Assembly (NCBI GenBank): GCA_018710885.1
Contig: DVJA01000058.1
Location: 7,922-71,921, forward strand
DNA from: Candidatus Scatomorpha merdigallinarum
GTDB lineage: Bacteria > Bacillota > Clostridia > Oscillospirales > Oscillospiraceae
DNA length: 64,000 nt
Direction of reading: 5' to 3'
The notes under the pieces are model-generated. The model saw nothing but the letters and a program-made list of their open reading frames with translations, was not told the DNA's origin and searched no databases. Of the stretch, positions 1-10,072 are shown piece after piece; the stretch's first letter is position 1; every line of letters begins with the position of its first letter. The position numbers and the translations under genes were made by a program.

Positions 1-873
1 TGCGTACTCCTCGCTGGAGGCCCGGCCGGCGGCCGCCTGCTGCTTGCGGAACTCCTCCAGGTCTTCCAAGAGCTTGGCCGCAGTCTGGTAGCGCTTCTTA
101 ATATCGGCGTTCATCGCCTTGAGCGTTATGCGAGCCAGCTCGTCTGGGATATCAGGATTTATCTCCTGAGGCGGCACGGCTATACCCGCTATGTGCTTGA
201 GCGCTATCTGCTCGGCCGTTTCGCCGTCATAGGGCATTTTACCTGTGAGCATCTCATACATGACCACGCCGAGCGAATATATATCGCTGCGCGTATCCGG
301 GGTCTCGCCGCGGGCCTGCTCGGGGGCGATATAGTGTACGGAGCCCACTGTCTGATCACTGCGCTGCTCCTGAGTGCTCTCAAGCGCAGCTATGCCAAAG
401 TCGGCAACCTTTATAGTGCCGTCGCGCAGTATCATGATGTTCTGCGGCTTTATATCGCGGTGGACTATGCCCTTGTCATGCGCGTGCTCTAGCGCCTTCG
501 TTATCTGCACAGAGAAGTGGAGCGCCTCTTTCCAGCCAAGTGCGCCACGCTTTTGCATGTACTGCATCAGGGTTACGCCTTCTATGAGCTCCATCACGAT
601 GTATTCCACGTCCTCAGTGTGGCTGACATCGTAGACTGAGACGATGTTGGGGTGTGAGAGCATGGCAACGGCTTGCGCCTCTATCTGGAACCGCGCTCTG
701 AATTCCTCGTCGCGCGCGAGCTCATCTCTGAGTATTTTTACGGCAACAAAGCGGTTCAGCCTCTGGTCTACCGCCTTGTAGACGACAGCCATACCGCCGG
801 TGCCGATAACTTCCAATATTTCATACCTGTCATCCAGGGTTGTACCTAAATACTTGTCCATATTGGTATCCAT
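1..873 (-). CDS. prkC: Ser/Thr protein kinase PrkC, N-terminal kinase domain (partial; 3' end lies beyond window start)
   Basis: Not in ORF track because there is no stop in the window. Own translation from ATG 873 (GGAGG 5 nt upstream): MDTNMDKYLGTTLDDRYEILEVIGTGGMAVVYKA..VAVKIL..HRDIKPQN..VADFG, which are Hanks kinase subdomains. The cognate PP2C gene lies immediately upstream in the same operon. Confidence 0.85.
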   Translation of the reverse strand, partial: MDTNMDKYLGTTLDDRYEILEVIGTGGMAVVYKAVDQRLNRFVAVKILRDELARDEEFRARFQIEAQAVAMLSHPNIVSVYDVSHTEDVEYIVMELIEGVTLMQYMQKRGALGWKEALHFSVQITKALEHAHDKGIVHRDIKPQNIMILRDGTIKVADFGIAALESTQEQRSDQTVGSVHYIAPEQARGETPDTRSDIYSLGVVMYEMLTGKMPYDGETAEQIALKHIAGIAVPPQEINPDIPDELARITLKAMNADIKKRYQTAAKLLEDLEEFRKQQAAAGRASSEEYA

Positions 874-896
874 GGCTACCTCCAAGTGCTGCGGGG

Positions 897-1634
897 TTAT
901 TTGGAAATGATGACGATTGTCACGTTGTCACGCGCTTCGCGCCTGAGCGCCTCTGCCATGAGGGCCCGTCCAAGTGAAAGCGGATCCGGGTTCTTCCGCG
1001 AGAGAGCAAATATCTCCTTGTCCTCAAGCATATTCGTCAAACCGTCTGAACAGAGCAGCAGCATGTCGCCGCGCTGCAGCTTAGGCGTAAATATGTCACA
1101 GGGCACCAGCTCGTTGACGCCGAGGGCGCGCGTTATGACATTGCGCCTGGGGTGAGTTCTGGCCTGTTCAGGGCTTATCTCGCCTCTGTCCACCATGTCC
1201 TGCACGAGCGAATGGTCGCGGGTAATCTGTTCCATGCGTTTACGAGTAATCTTATAGCAACGGCTGTCCCCCACGTTGAGCACGTATGCAGCGTCTCTGC
1301 AAATAACAGCAGACACCATGGTCGTACCCATGCCGGTGTAGTCAGTGTCAAAGCATGAATAGGAGTAGATCATGCGGTTTGCCTTGTTGCATGCCTGCTC
1401 CATCATAGCTTTAATATCAGGCTTGCGCTTTTTGTTCGCCGTTATCCTGTCTCTCAGGTCTGAGGCGTAAGTTTTTGTAGCAAGGTCACTGGCTATGTTG
1501 CCCGCCTTTTCGCCGCCCATTCCGTCACAGAGAACGGCTATGACGCACTCTTTATCGTCTAACCTCTCTATAAGAAAGCTGTCCTGGTTATCCCGCCGCA
1601 CAGCTCCCCTGTCAGTGATGCCAAAGCTGTTCAT
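897..1634 (-). CDS. stp: PP2C-family Ser/Thr protein phosphatase (Stp/PrpC)
   Basis: 245-aa ORF with PP2C motifs RRDNQDSF, LCDGMGGEKAG, GDSRCY, LLCSDGL. Sits between rlmN and prkC. Confidence 0.9.
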   Translation of the reverse strand: MNSFGITDRGAVRRDNQDSFLIERLDDKECVIAVLCDGMGGEKAGNIASDLATKTYASDLRDRITANKKRKPDIKAMMEQACNKANRMIYSYSCFDTDYTGMGTTMVSAVICRDAAYVLNVGDSRCYKITRKRMEQITRDHSLVQDMVDRGEISPEQARTHPRRNVITRALGVNELVPCDIFTPKLQRGDMLLLCSDGLTNMLEDKEIFALSRKNPDPLSLGRALMAEALRREARDNVTIVIISK

Positions 1635-2692
1635 GAGCTCCCCGTTCCTGCGGACATCGCATCCGCGGTCTTCTTTCTGAGCTGTCCACAGGAGGCGTCT
1701 ATATCGCTGCCAAGCCTGCGGCGTACCGTAACATTGACCCCCTCGCGCTCAAGAGCTTTTTTGAACTCCTTTATACGCTCCGGCGGTGTGGGCCGGAACG
1801 AGCGCTCGTCCACGTGGTTAAGAGGGATGAGATTCACATGCGCGCTAACGCGCCTGGCGTGCTTGGCCAACAGCGCGGCTTGAGCCGGAGAATCGTTCAC
1901 CCCGTCTATCATGGCGTACTCAAAGGAAATGCGCCGGCCCGTCCTGTTGAAATAGGCCTCGCACTCGTCCATGAGTTTTTCCACTCCCCTGCCACGGTTC
2001 GCCGGCATTATCTTCGAGCGGGTCTCGTCGTCCGGCGCATGCAGGGATACCGATAAAGTTAATTGTAAATTATATTCGGCCAGTTTGTCAAACTTTTCTG
2101 TGATTCCGCAGGTGGAAAGCGAAATGTGCCGCATGCCGATATTCATGCCGTCGCTGTGATTGACAAGCTGCAAAAACTTCATTACGTTGTCGAAGTTGTC
2201 CAGAGGCTCACCTATTCCCATGAGCACTATGTGTCCGATCTTCAATCCGGACTCCTTCTCGGAGAACATGACTTCCTCAAGCATCTCGCCCGCGTCCAAG
2301 TTGCGCACGAGCCCGCCTATGGTCGAGGCGCAAAAAGCGCAGCCCTGGCGGCAACCCACCTGAGTGGATATGCACACGCTGTTCCCATAGTGATAGCGCA
2401 TCACCACGGTCTCGACTGCGTTTCCGTCACGAAGGCCCCAAAGATATTTTATCGTCCCGTCCTCAGCAGAGACCTGCTTGCGCATTACCTTCGGAGCGCC
2501 GAGGTAAAAGCGCTCTGCAAGCGCGGTTCGCAACTGCTTGGGCAGATTTGTCATCTCATCCCAGCCGGAGACACCGCGCGTCGCCCACTCAAAGACCTGT
2601 TTGGCCCTGTATGCGGGCTGGCCCATGGCCTTGAGTTCGGCGGCTATCTCCTCCGGAAGCAGCGCTCTTAAGTTGATTTTACCATCCTGCAT
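1631..2692 (-). CDS. rlmN: 23S rRNA/tRNA (adenine-C2)-methyltransferase RlmN (radical SAM)
   Basis: 353 aa. Radical SAM cluster motif GCRQGCAFCAS and C-terminal catalytic Cys (DIDASCGQL). Overlaps the stp start by 4 nt. Confidence 0.9.
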   Translation of the reverse strand: MQDGKINLRALLPEEIAAELKAMGQPAYRAKQVFEWATRGVSGWDEMTNLPKQLRTALAERFYLGAPKVMRKQVSAEDGTIKYLWGLRDGNAVETVVMRYHYGNSVCISTQVGCRQGCAFCASTIGGLVRNLDAGEMLEEVMFSEKESGLKIGHIVLMGIGEPLDNFDNVMKFLQLVNHSDGMNIGMRHISLSTCGITEKFDKLAEYNLQLTLSVSLHAPDDETRSKIMPANRGRGVEKLMDECEAYFNRTGRRISFEYAMIDGVNDSPAQAALLAKHARRVSAHVNLIPLNHVDERSFRPTPPERIKEFKKALEREGVNVTVRRRLGSDIDASCGQLRKKTADAMSAGTGSS

Positions 2693-3951
2693 ATGAAAAA
2701 TCCGTCCGTTTTATTTATATCCGGCCAAAGCGTACTCTCTTTTGTGGAAGCAAAGCCGGGATTTGTCCCCAAAAAGGCTCTTATTACGTTCTCGTTCTCA
2801 CGTTCGAGCAGAGTACATGTCGAATAGAGCAGCACTCCACCGGGCTTTACGCAGCGAGAGAGGGAGCTGAGTATGGCCAACTGTATCTCAGGCAGGGACG
2901 CTGTCTCCTCTACGGTCTTGAACCTTATCTCGGGCTTGCGGCGTATTACGCCGAAGCCCGAGCACGGCACATCCGCTATTACGACGTCGAAGGCAGTGTG
3001 AAGTTCCTCGAACGGCTCGCGAGCGTCCATGGCGTGAGTCGTTATCATATCTATGCCCAGCCTCTGCGCTCCCTCTGAGACGCGCTTCAAGCGCTTCTCT
3101 TTCAGGTCACAGGCGAGGATCTCGCCCTCGCCGTGCATAAGCATGGCCGCAGCAAAGCTCTTGCCTCCGGGAGCGCTGCATGCGTCCAGCACGCGCATGC
3201 CAGGCTTCAGCCCCACACTCTCTACGGCCAGACGCGCCGCGGAATCCTGCACATAGAAAAGTCCCTCACTGTAGCCGGGTATCCTTTCAACAGCTCCGGC
3301 AGAGCTGAGGTCAAAGGAACCCTCACACTGCCCGGGTGTAAACGCTATACCGGTGCTATCCAGGGCTTTTTGCATCGCGTCAGGCGTTGTTCGCAAGGTG
3401 TTTGTCTGTATTGTCACGGGAGGCTCGGCGTTATTTGCCGCCAAAAGCGACTCGGCGCCATCATATCCACGCCGGGAGATAAACTCCTGCACCAGCCAGA
3501 GCGGGTGGCTGTATCTCACACTCAGATACTCCGCGCTGCCCTTTCCCGGCACCTCGGGGATAGACTCTCGGTGCTCTGAAACCCGCCTCAGCACGCCGTT
3601 CACAAGCGCGCAGGCACGAGCCTTGCCACGCTCCCGGCAGAGCTCAACCGCCTCGTTTACCGCCGCGCTGGGTGGCACACGGTCGAGGAAGAGCAACTGG
3701 CATACAGATATACGCAATATGTCCAGCACCTGTACCTCGAGCTTTTTCACCGGCGTATTGCACCAAAGGCCAATCACATAGTCGATATAGCTGAGGTTCT
3801 GCACGGTCGCCCTCACTATGCGCTCGCAGAGCGCGGCGTCGCGCGCGTCGAGCTTCGAGGCGCGGATACTTGCATCAAGAGCTTCGGAGGAAAAGGTGCC
3901 GCGCCTGAGCGCGTGCATCGCATCCAGAGCCGAACTGCGTGCGCCGCTCAT
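2668..3951 (-). CDS. rsmB: 16S rRNA (cytosine967-C5)-methyltransferase RsmB
   Basis: 427 aa. NusB-like N-domain plus SAM MTase motifs DACSAPGGKS, DVPCSG, YSTCT. Canonical fmt-rsmB synteny. Confidence 0.85.
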   Translation of the reverse strand: MSGARSSALDAMHALRRGTFSSEALDASIRASKLDARDAALCERIVRATVQNLSYIDYVIGLWCNTPVKKLEVQVLDILRISVCQLLFLDRVPPSAAVNEAVELCRERGKARACALVNGVLRRVSEHRESIPEVPGKGSAEYLSVRYSHPLWLVQEFISRRGYDGAESLLAANNAEPPVTIQTNTLRTTPDAMQKALDSTGIAFTPGQCEGSFDLSSAGAVERIPGYSEGLFYVQDSAARLAVESVGLKPGMRVLDACSAPGGKSFAAAMLMHGEGEILACDLKEKRLKRVSEGAQRLGIDMITTHAMDAREPFEELHTAFDVVIADVPCSGFGVIRRKPEIRFKTVEETASLPEIQLAILSSLSRCVKPGGVLLYSTCTLLERENENVIRAFLGTNPGFASTKESTLWPDINKTDGFFICRMVKST

Positions 3952-4868
3952 GACACGTCCACCGGGTGGCCTATGAGGTAGTCACGCGCACTCATGTGCT
4001 TTTTACCGGGCGCCTGCAGTTCAGTTATCATGACGGTCCTGCCGGAGCCACAGGCAATTTCCAACCCCTCCTTGCCGGCGCTGACTATGCTGCCGGGGAG
4101 TTTATCCGTGACCGTGTCCGTATACTTGGCCATATAGACCTTCAACGTCTCCCCGTTCAGTTCCATAGTGGCAACGGGCCAGGGGTTGAGGCCGCAGATG
4201 TGCTTTACAACTTCGCGCGGGCTCTTGCTCCAATCAATGGGGCAAATGCTCTTGTCAAGCTGACCGACGTAGGTCGCCTCAGCGCTGTTTTGGGCCTCAC
4301 GCGGGGCGCTGCCGTCCTCAATGGCGTGGAGCGTCCTCACCAGCAGCTTGGCACCGAGCGCGGCGAGCCGGTCAAAGAGCTCTCCTGCCGTCTCGTACTC
4401 GCCCACAGTCACGGCCTCACGGAAGATTATATCGCCCGCATCCATGTCGTGGGCCAGATACATGGTAGTAACTCCCGCGTACTCGTCGCCGTTGAGCACT
4501 GACCACTGTATGGGAGCCGCGCCGCGATAGCGCGGAAGCAGTGAACCGTGGACGTTTATCGCGCCGTATTTGGGCACGGCAAGCAGCTCGTCGGGCAGTA
4601 TTTTGCCATAGGCTACGACGCAGAGTATATCCGGGGCGAGGGACTTCATAAGCTCCAGCGCTTCCGGCGTGCGCACGCTCGCCGGCTGATAGATGTCAAG
4701 TCCGCGCTCGAGGGCGAGTTTCTTTGTCTCGCACTCGGCGAGCTTCATTCCGCGTCCACGCGGCTTGTCCGGCTGGGTAAAAACGCCCACCACTTCGTAA
4801 CCCGCGTCGAGCACTGCTTTCAGGCTCTCGGCCGCGAAATCCGGCGTGCCCATAAATACAACGCGCAT
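3948..4868 (-). CDS. fmt: methionyl-tRNA formyltransferase
   Basis: Start refined to MRVVFMGTPDFA (ATG 4868). The ORF-track 5' extension overlaps def. Motif HGSLLPRYRGAAPI. Confidence 0.9.
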   Translation of the reverse strand: MRVVFMGTPDFAAESLKAVLDAGYEVVGVFTQPDKPRGRGMKLAECETKKLALERGLDIYQPASVRTPEALELMKSLAPDILCVVAYGKILPDELLAVPKYGAINVHGSLLPRYRGAAPIQWSVLNGDEYAGVTTMYLAHDMDAGDIIFREAVTVGEYETAGELFDRLAALGAKLLVRTLHAIEDGSAPREAQNSAEATYVGQLDKSICPIDWSKSPREVVKHICGLNPWPVATMELNGETLKVYMAKYTDTVTDKLPGSIVSAGKEGLEIACGSGRTVMITELQAPGKKHMSARDYLIGHPVDVS

Positions 4869-4872
4869 GCGC

Positions 4873-5388
4873 TCAGACCTCCAGTCCGTCGTTCCAGCTA
4901 CCGTTTTCAACCTCATTGGGGGTGAGCATCCTGGTGGCACACTGGGTAAAAAGCTTCCCTTCAAGGTGGTCAAGCTCGTGGCAGAAGGCACGAGCGGTGA
5001 GCTCGTGTCCGGATATTTCAAAGCTGTTGCCGTTGCGGTCCTGTGCCCTTACGGTGACGTCCATGGGGCGCTTTACAAGGCCAAAACGTCCCGGCAGGGA
5101 CAGGCAGCCCTCAGGGCCGTTCTGCTCACCCTCGGTGGAGACGATTTCGGGGTTGACGAGCTCTATAATATATGGCTCTTCTCCCTCGGGCACGTTGGTC
5201 TCGAGCACGAGCACCACACGGCGCAGCACGCCAACCTGTGGAGCGGCGAGACCCGCTCCGTCAGCTTCGAGCAAAGTCTCGCGCATGTCGTCGATGAGCT
5301 CGTGGAGTCTGGAATCAAAATTGGTAACAGGGCGGCAGTGCTTGTGCAGTACGCTGTCCCCTTCTTCGATTATTTTACGGTGTGCCAT
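4873..5388 (-). CDS. def: peptide deformylase
   Basis: 171 aa with the three Def motifs GLAAPQVG, EGCLS, HELDH. Confidence 0.92.
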   Translation of the reverse strand: MAHRKIIEEGDSVLHKHCRPVTNFDSRLHELIDDMRETLLEADGAGLAAPQVGVLRRVVLVLETNVPEGEEPYIIELVNPEIVSTEGEQNGPEGCLSLPGRFGLVKRPMDVTVRAQDRNGNSFEISGHELTARAFCHELDHLEGKLFTQCATRMLTPNEVENGSWNDGLEV

Positions 5389-5399
5389 AGCATTTCCTC

Positions 5400-7646
5400 C
5401 TAGTCAGACGGGTTCGTATCAGCGTATACCGACACGCCCCGGTAGCATTTGTCAGCCGAAAACCTGATCACTGTATCGGCCACCAGCCTGCGCATCCCGC
5501 TGCCCGGCGGGGCACAGAGCGTCACGCGATATCTGTAGTTGTTGTTTACTTTTAAAACAGACAGTGGCGCCGGTCCCAGCACCCTGGCCGAATCGCAGCC
5601 CCTCGCCGCCTGTGTGAGTTCAAAGCGCAGGTGTGAGGCACAGTCGAGCACCAGCGACTCATCCTGGCCTGAGAGCGTTATGCTCAGCAACTCGGTAAAC
5701 GGCGGTAGCAACTGCAACCTGCGAAGCTCTATCTCCGAGCGGTAAAAGCTCTCGTAGTCCTGGTTCGAGGCCTGAACTATGGTCTCGTTGTCCGGGGTAT
5801 AGGTCTGGATAATCGCCCTACCCGGTTTCTCAAAGCGCCCAGAGCGGCCGATCACCTGGGTTATGAGCGAAAAAGTTCTCTCACTGGCCTGGTAATCGCC
5901 CGCGTACAGTCCTTGGTCCGCACATATGACTCCTACCAGCGTGACATTTTCAAAGTTGAGGCCTTTGGTCACCATCTGAGTGCCGACCATGATAGGTATG
6001 CGCTCTTTTCTGAAACGCTCAAGGAGTTTATCGTGCCCTCCGGCGCCCGCGACAGTGTCCGTATCCATACGCAGTATTTCAGTGTCCGGGAAAAGCTCAT
6101 GGAGCTCTTCTTCCACCTTCTGCGTACCGGCTCCGACGTATTTGAATGTACCGCCGCAGTCCGGGCAGCACTCGTCCAGTGGCTGTGTATAGCCACAGTG
6201 GTGGCACATGAGTTTGCGCCCATAGCTGTGGAAGGTCAGGCTGACAGAGCAGTTGGGACAGTGGTAAGTGAAGCCGCACTCGACGCAGGTCACAAGCTTG
6301 TTCGCACCGCGCCGGTTGATGAACAGTATGCTCTGCTCACCGCGGTCTATATTTCCCTGCAGCTCCTCGCGCAGTCTCCCGCTTATGGAGCCGCCGTTGC
6401 CTCTCCTGAGCTCACGTTTTAGGTCAACTATTTCTACTTCGGGCAGTTCGCGCTCATTATAGCGCATATTTAGCTTGAAAAAGCCATACCGGCCAATATC
6501 GGCGAAGTACCTGCTCTCCACATCCGGCGTGGCGCTGCCGAGCAGCAGCAGAGCCTTATCCCGGGCGCAGCGGTACTTGGCCACATCGCGCGCATGGTAA
6601 CGCGGGGCGTTTTCGCTCTTATACGTGTCCTCTTGCTCCTCGTCTATTATGACGAGGCCCAGTTCACTCACTGGTGCGAAAACCGCGCTGCGCGTGCCAA
6701 TGACTACTCCCGCTTCTCCGTTTTTGATGCGTCGCCACTCGTCGTACCTCTCGCCTGCGGACAGGCTGGAGTGGAGTACGGCGATGTCGTCACCGAAGTG
6801 CGAGGTAAAGGTACGCAGCATCTGCGGAGTGAGCGCAATCTCCGGTACCAACAGTATGCAGCTTTTTCCTCTGGCACGCTGTTCGGCTATGAGCCTGATG
6901 TATATCGTGGTCTTGCCAGAGCCGGTCACACCAAAGAGCAGCGCTGCCCCGGCCTTTTTGCCCTGTGCAAGCTTGGATATACCCTCAAAGGCCATCTGCT
7001 GGCTTTCATTGAGCTGTGGCAGCTCTGCGTGCTCTACGTCTACCTCAGGGCGACGGAACACTTCCTCGTCTTCGAGCGTGACAAACCCCGCCTTACACAG
7101 CGCATTGAGGCTGACTCTCGAGGCGCCTGTGAACTCCAACAGCTCGCGCGCCGGTACCCGGCCGACAGAGCAGAGTGTCGATAGCAGTTCAGCCTGCTGA
7201 GGCGCACGCCTGCGTTTGCGTGATGCGGCCTCCATAGCTTCTTCGCCCGGTACGGCCAGGGCGGCCATTGTAACATACTTCTCGCTGATACGCTGCCTGC
7301 CATTTTTAAACCACAGCCCCGCCGGGAGCATGGCCTTCACAGCTTCATAAACTGTGCAAAAAAAGCGCTCGTGCATCCACATAGCGAGGCCGAGCAGTTT
7401 TTCGTCCAGCACCGGCTGCTCATCGAGAGCGGACGAAACGGGCTTGAGTTTTTCAAACGCGCTCGACTGCGCGAGCGCGAGAACTATGCCTTCTGTACTG
7501 CGGTTCGCGTTTGTAAACGGCACCTCGACGCGCATTCCCGGGGAAATGCGTCCGGCCATAGACTCCGGTATACTGTAATCAAATGGCTTGTCCAGACGAA
7601 AAGGTACACCTGAAACAGCCACTTTGGCGACTTTCATCTCGCTCAT
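5400..7646 (-). CDS. priA: primosomal protein N' (replication restart helicase PriA)
   Basis: Walker A GVTGSGKT, DEEQ box, Cys-rich zinc insertion CVECG..CPNC..CHHCG..CPDCG. Start set at ATG 7646 (GGGAG 7 nt upstream); the track start 7667 is TTG. Confidence 0.9.
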   Translation of the reverse strand: MSEMKVAKVAVSGVPFRLDKPFDYSIPESMAGRISPGMRVEVPFTNANRSTEGIVLALAQSSAFEKLKPVSSALDEQPVLDEKLLGLAMWMHERFFCTVYEAVKAMLPAGLWFKNGRQRISEKYVTMAALAVPGEEAMEAASRKRRRAPQQAELLSTLCSVGRVPARELLEFTGASRVSLNALCKAGFVTLEDEEVFRRPEVDVEHAELPQLNESQQMAFEGISKLAQGKKAGAALLFGVTGSGKTTIYIRLIAEQRARGKSCILLVPEIALTPQMLRTFTSHFGDDIAVLHSSLSAGERYDEWRRIKNGEAGVVIGTRSAVFAPVSELGLVIIDEEQEDTYKSENAPRYHARDVAKYRCARDKALLLLGSATPDVESRYFADIGRYGFFKLNMRYNERELPEVEIVDLKRELRRGNGGSISGRLREELQGNIDRGEQSILFINRRGANKLVTCVECGFTYHCPNCSVSLTFHSYGRKLMCHHCGYTQPLDECCPDCGGTFKYVGAGTQKVEEELHELFPDTEILRMDTDTVAGAGGHDKLLERFRKERIPIMVGTQMVTKGLNFENVTLVGVICADQGLYAGDYQASERTFSLITQVIGRSGRFEKPGRAIIQTYTPDNETIVQASNQDYESFYRSEIELRRLQLLPPFTELLSITLSGQDESLVLDCASHLRFELTQAARGCDSARVLGPAPLSVLKVNNNYRYRVTLCAPPGSGMRRLVADTVIRFSADKCYRGVSVYADTNPSD

Positions 7647-7689
7647 CCGGCGCTCCCAAACGCGCAAAAGGGCAGTGGCGGCCGAGCCG

Positions 7690-7887
7690 TCACTGCTCCT
7701 CCTTGATCTTCAGCTTACCGGTATAGACCTCGTCTATTGCCATGGAAATGGGCTTGCGTTCGAGTATATCTCCGTTTTCTTCAGCCTTCTGAGAAATATC
7801 CCTCGCGCGGCGCGCGACAAGGTTGACAAGCAAATACCGGCTGCCGACCTTATTTACGAGTTCGGCCATAGGGGGATAGAGCATCAT
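7690..7887 (-). CDS. rpoZ: DNA-directed RNA polymerase subunit omega
   Basis: Short ORF downstream of gmk. SRYLLVNLVARRARDI is typical of RpoZ. Start at the MM pair overlapping the gmk stop. Confidence 0.8.
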   Translation of the reverse strand: MMLYPPMAELVNKVGSRYLLVNLVARRARDISQKAEENGDILERKPISMAIDEVYTGKLKIKEEQ

Positions 7888-8498
7888 GATATAAGCACCT
7901 CTGTAACAAGATTTATTCTGTCTGCCGCCCTGCATTTTTCCGCAGTTAGTATGGCATCGACTTCCCCAGCGGCGGCGTCCGGGTCGTCGTTTACAACAAT
8001 ATATCCGTATTTACCGGCCTCAGCGCATTCACGCTTGGCCTGGAGCAGACGTTCGCGTATTTTTTCGTCTGAATCAGTATTTCTGTGCCTTAGCCGGCGC
8101 TCGAGCTCTTCGCCCGACGGCGGCAATATGAAAACAGTTACCGCATCAGGGCAGTTGCGGACTATCTGGCTGGCGCCCTGTACCTCGATGTCGAGTATAA
8201 CGCTTTTGCCTTCCATCTGTCTCTGTTCGACATATCCACGCGGCGTACCATAACGGTTTCCTACGTACTCAGCGCACTCGAGGAGATAGCCGCCCTCGGC
8301 CAACTCCTGGAAATGTTGCGGCGATACGAAGAAATAATCCTTCCCGTCCACCTCGCCGGGACGCATAGGGCGGGTTGTAACTGACACGGAAAAACAGACA
8401 TCGTCCCGTTTCTCCATCAATTTGCCAATAACAGTGCTCTTCCCCGCTCCTGACGGGCCGGATATCACCAGCAATTTTCCCTTTTCAAGAGAGCTCAT
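7884..8498 (-). CDS. gmk: guanylate kinase
   Basis: P-loop GPSGAGKST and [17 protein letters not shown]. Start refined to MSSLEKGK. Confidence 0.9.
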   Translation of the reverse strand: MSSLEKGKLLVISGPSGAGKSTVIGKLMEKRDDVCFSVSVTTRPMRPGEVDGKDYFFVSPQHFQELAEGGYLLECAEYVGNRYGTPRGYVEQRQMEGKSVILDIEVQGASQIVRNCPDAVTVFILPPSGEELERRLRHRNTDSDEKIRERLLQAKRECAEAGKYGYIVVNDDPDAAAGEVDAILTAEKCRAADRINLVTEVLIS

Positions 8499-8754
8499 CC
8501 ACAAAATCCCCCTGCGATATTTTATATCCCAGGCGCTCGGCAACGGTCTCGGCAGTGAGCGCCGAGAGTATCAGGTATCCACCGTCCGTTACCAAGACGC
8601 TTTTGGTTTTACGGCCGTAACTTGCGTCAATCAGGCTGCCGCGTTCCCTTGCGTCCTGTATCATGCGCTTTATCGGCGCTGACTCCGGACTCAGGACCCC
8701 CACAAGCCGCTCGGCCGAAACAAAGCTTCCAAAACCTATGCTCACCAGCGCCAT
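8485..8754 (-). CDS. remA: DUF370 / RemA-family regulatory protein
   Basis: 89 aa, [39 protein letters not shown], between yicC and gmk as in other Firmicutes. Confidence 0.8.
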   Translation of the reverse strand: MALVSIGFGSFVSAERLVGVLSPESAPIKRMIQDARERGSLIDASYGRKTKSVLVTDGGYLILSALTAETVAERLGYKISQGDFVDELS

Positions 8755-8757
8755 AGT

Positions 8758-9636
8758 TCACTCCACGTTCTGTATCTGCTCGCGTATTTTCTCTATCTCG
8801 GCCTTGAGGTCTACAACTACGCGGGCAATTTCTGCGTTCTGGCACTTTGAACCTATGGTGTTGGATTCACGGTTGAGCTCCTGTATCAGGAAATCCATCT
8901 TGCGGCCAATGGGCGACTCTCCTTCGGCCATGGCCCTGAGCTGCGCTATGTGGCTGCGCAGGCGAACAGTCTCCTCATCCACAGCGATGCGGTCGGCAAA
9001 GATAGCGCACTCGGTCAGGATGCGCGAATCGTCCACAGCCATGCCCTCCAGCGTCTCACGCAGCTTCTGCTCCAGACGCGAGCGGTATTCTGCCACAGTG
9101 AGCGGTGCGCGCTCTTCAACTATGCCAGTCAGGCGCTCTATTTCTGTCAGGCGGCCCAGTACGTCGGCCCTAAGCTTTTCACCCTCGCGTTCGCGCATGG
9201 CATCATAGCCTGAGAGAGCCTGTTCCAGTATTTCCAGCAGTCCACGGGTGAGCTCGTCCGAATCCAGCTCACGCCTTTCCGTACTTAGCACATCCGGAAG
9301 GCGACACAGGTTCATCAGGCTCATGTCGTCTGTCAGATAGTACTTGTTGTGAATCTGTGTCAGCGCGGCAATATAGCCGCGCAGAAGCGGCTCGTTTACG
9401 CGCACTTCCGTCACGTCAGCTTCCGTAGCGTCCGCAGAGACATATACGTCCACCTTACCGCGAGTAATGTGTCCGGCAACAGCCTTGCGTATCGGCTCTT
9501 CGGCAAACATCAAGCTGCGCGGCAGCTTCACAGAAACGTCCAAGTAACGATTATTAACACTCTTAAGCTCCACACTAAGCTGAAGCCCCGCTGCGGTCCC
9601 TTTGGCAGAGCCGTAGCCTGTCATGCTTTTAATCAT
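8758..9636 (-). CDS. YicC-family stress-induced protein
   Basis: Start MIKSMTGYG, typical of the YicC N-terminus. C-terminal DUF1732-like helix EIEKIREQIQNVE. Confidence 0.85.
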   Translation of the reverse strand: MIKSMTGYGSAKGTAAGLQLSVELKSVNNRYLDVSVKLPRSLMFAEEPIRKAVAGHITRGKVDVYVSADATEADVTEVRVNEPLLRGYIAALTQIHNKYYLTDDMSLMNLCRLPDVLSTERRELDSDELTRGLLEILEQALSGYDAMREREGEKLRADVLGRLTEIERLTGIVEERAPLTVAEYRSRLEQKLRETLEGMAVDDSRILTECAIFADRIAVDEETVRLRSHIAQLRAMAEGESPIGRKMDFLIQELNRESNTIGSKCQNAEIARVVVDLKAEIEKIREQIQNVE

Positions 9637-9637
9637 T

Positions 9638-10057
9638 TCACGCCGCCTCGTGTCCAATAATACTGATTATATTATACGTAATAGGGTTTTTCTTGTGGCT
9701 GCGCCCTACCAGCACGACGACACCCAGCCCTATGGCAAAAGCTACAAAGCTGAACAGCACGCTCATTGCTTCAGTCATATTCATGGCCGCCGATATCGCG
9801 TATCCGATAAAGAAGAGAACAAAGGGCACAACATATACAAGCACGGCAGCCCCGAGTACTCTGGATGTGCGGGCCTCTATTTCCACCCGGTCACCGACCT
9901 GGGCGCCTATATCGTTCTGAGCCTCGACACGAATCTTGCTGGCGTAATGGCAAACACCACAACTCTCGCAGTCGTCGCCGCAGGCTGTACCGCGCAGAAC
10001 TTCCACTTCTGCCTTATCAGGACCTTTGAGCTTTTTTATAATGGCAAACTGAGTCAT
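9638..10057 (-). CDS. RseC/MucC (SoxR-reducing system) family membrane protein
   Basis: 139 aa. N-terminal Cys cluster ACGDDCESCGVC followed by two TM helices. Confidence 0.6.
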   Translation of the reverse strand: MTQFAIIKKLKGPDKAEVEVLRGTACGDDCESCGVCHYASKIRVEAQNDIGAQVGDRVEIEARTSRVLGAAVLVYVVPFVLFFIGYAISAAMNMTEAMSVLFSFVAFAIGLGVVVLVGRSHKKNPITYNIISIIGHEAA

Positions 10058-10072
10058 GATATCCTCCTGTTT

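Noticed and set aside
3948-5021. 357-aa version of fmt
   Set aside because: The extension overlaps the 3' end of def in another frame. Canonical Fmt begins at MRVVFMGTPDFA (ATG 4868), 4 nt after the def stop.
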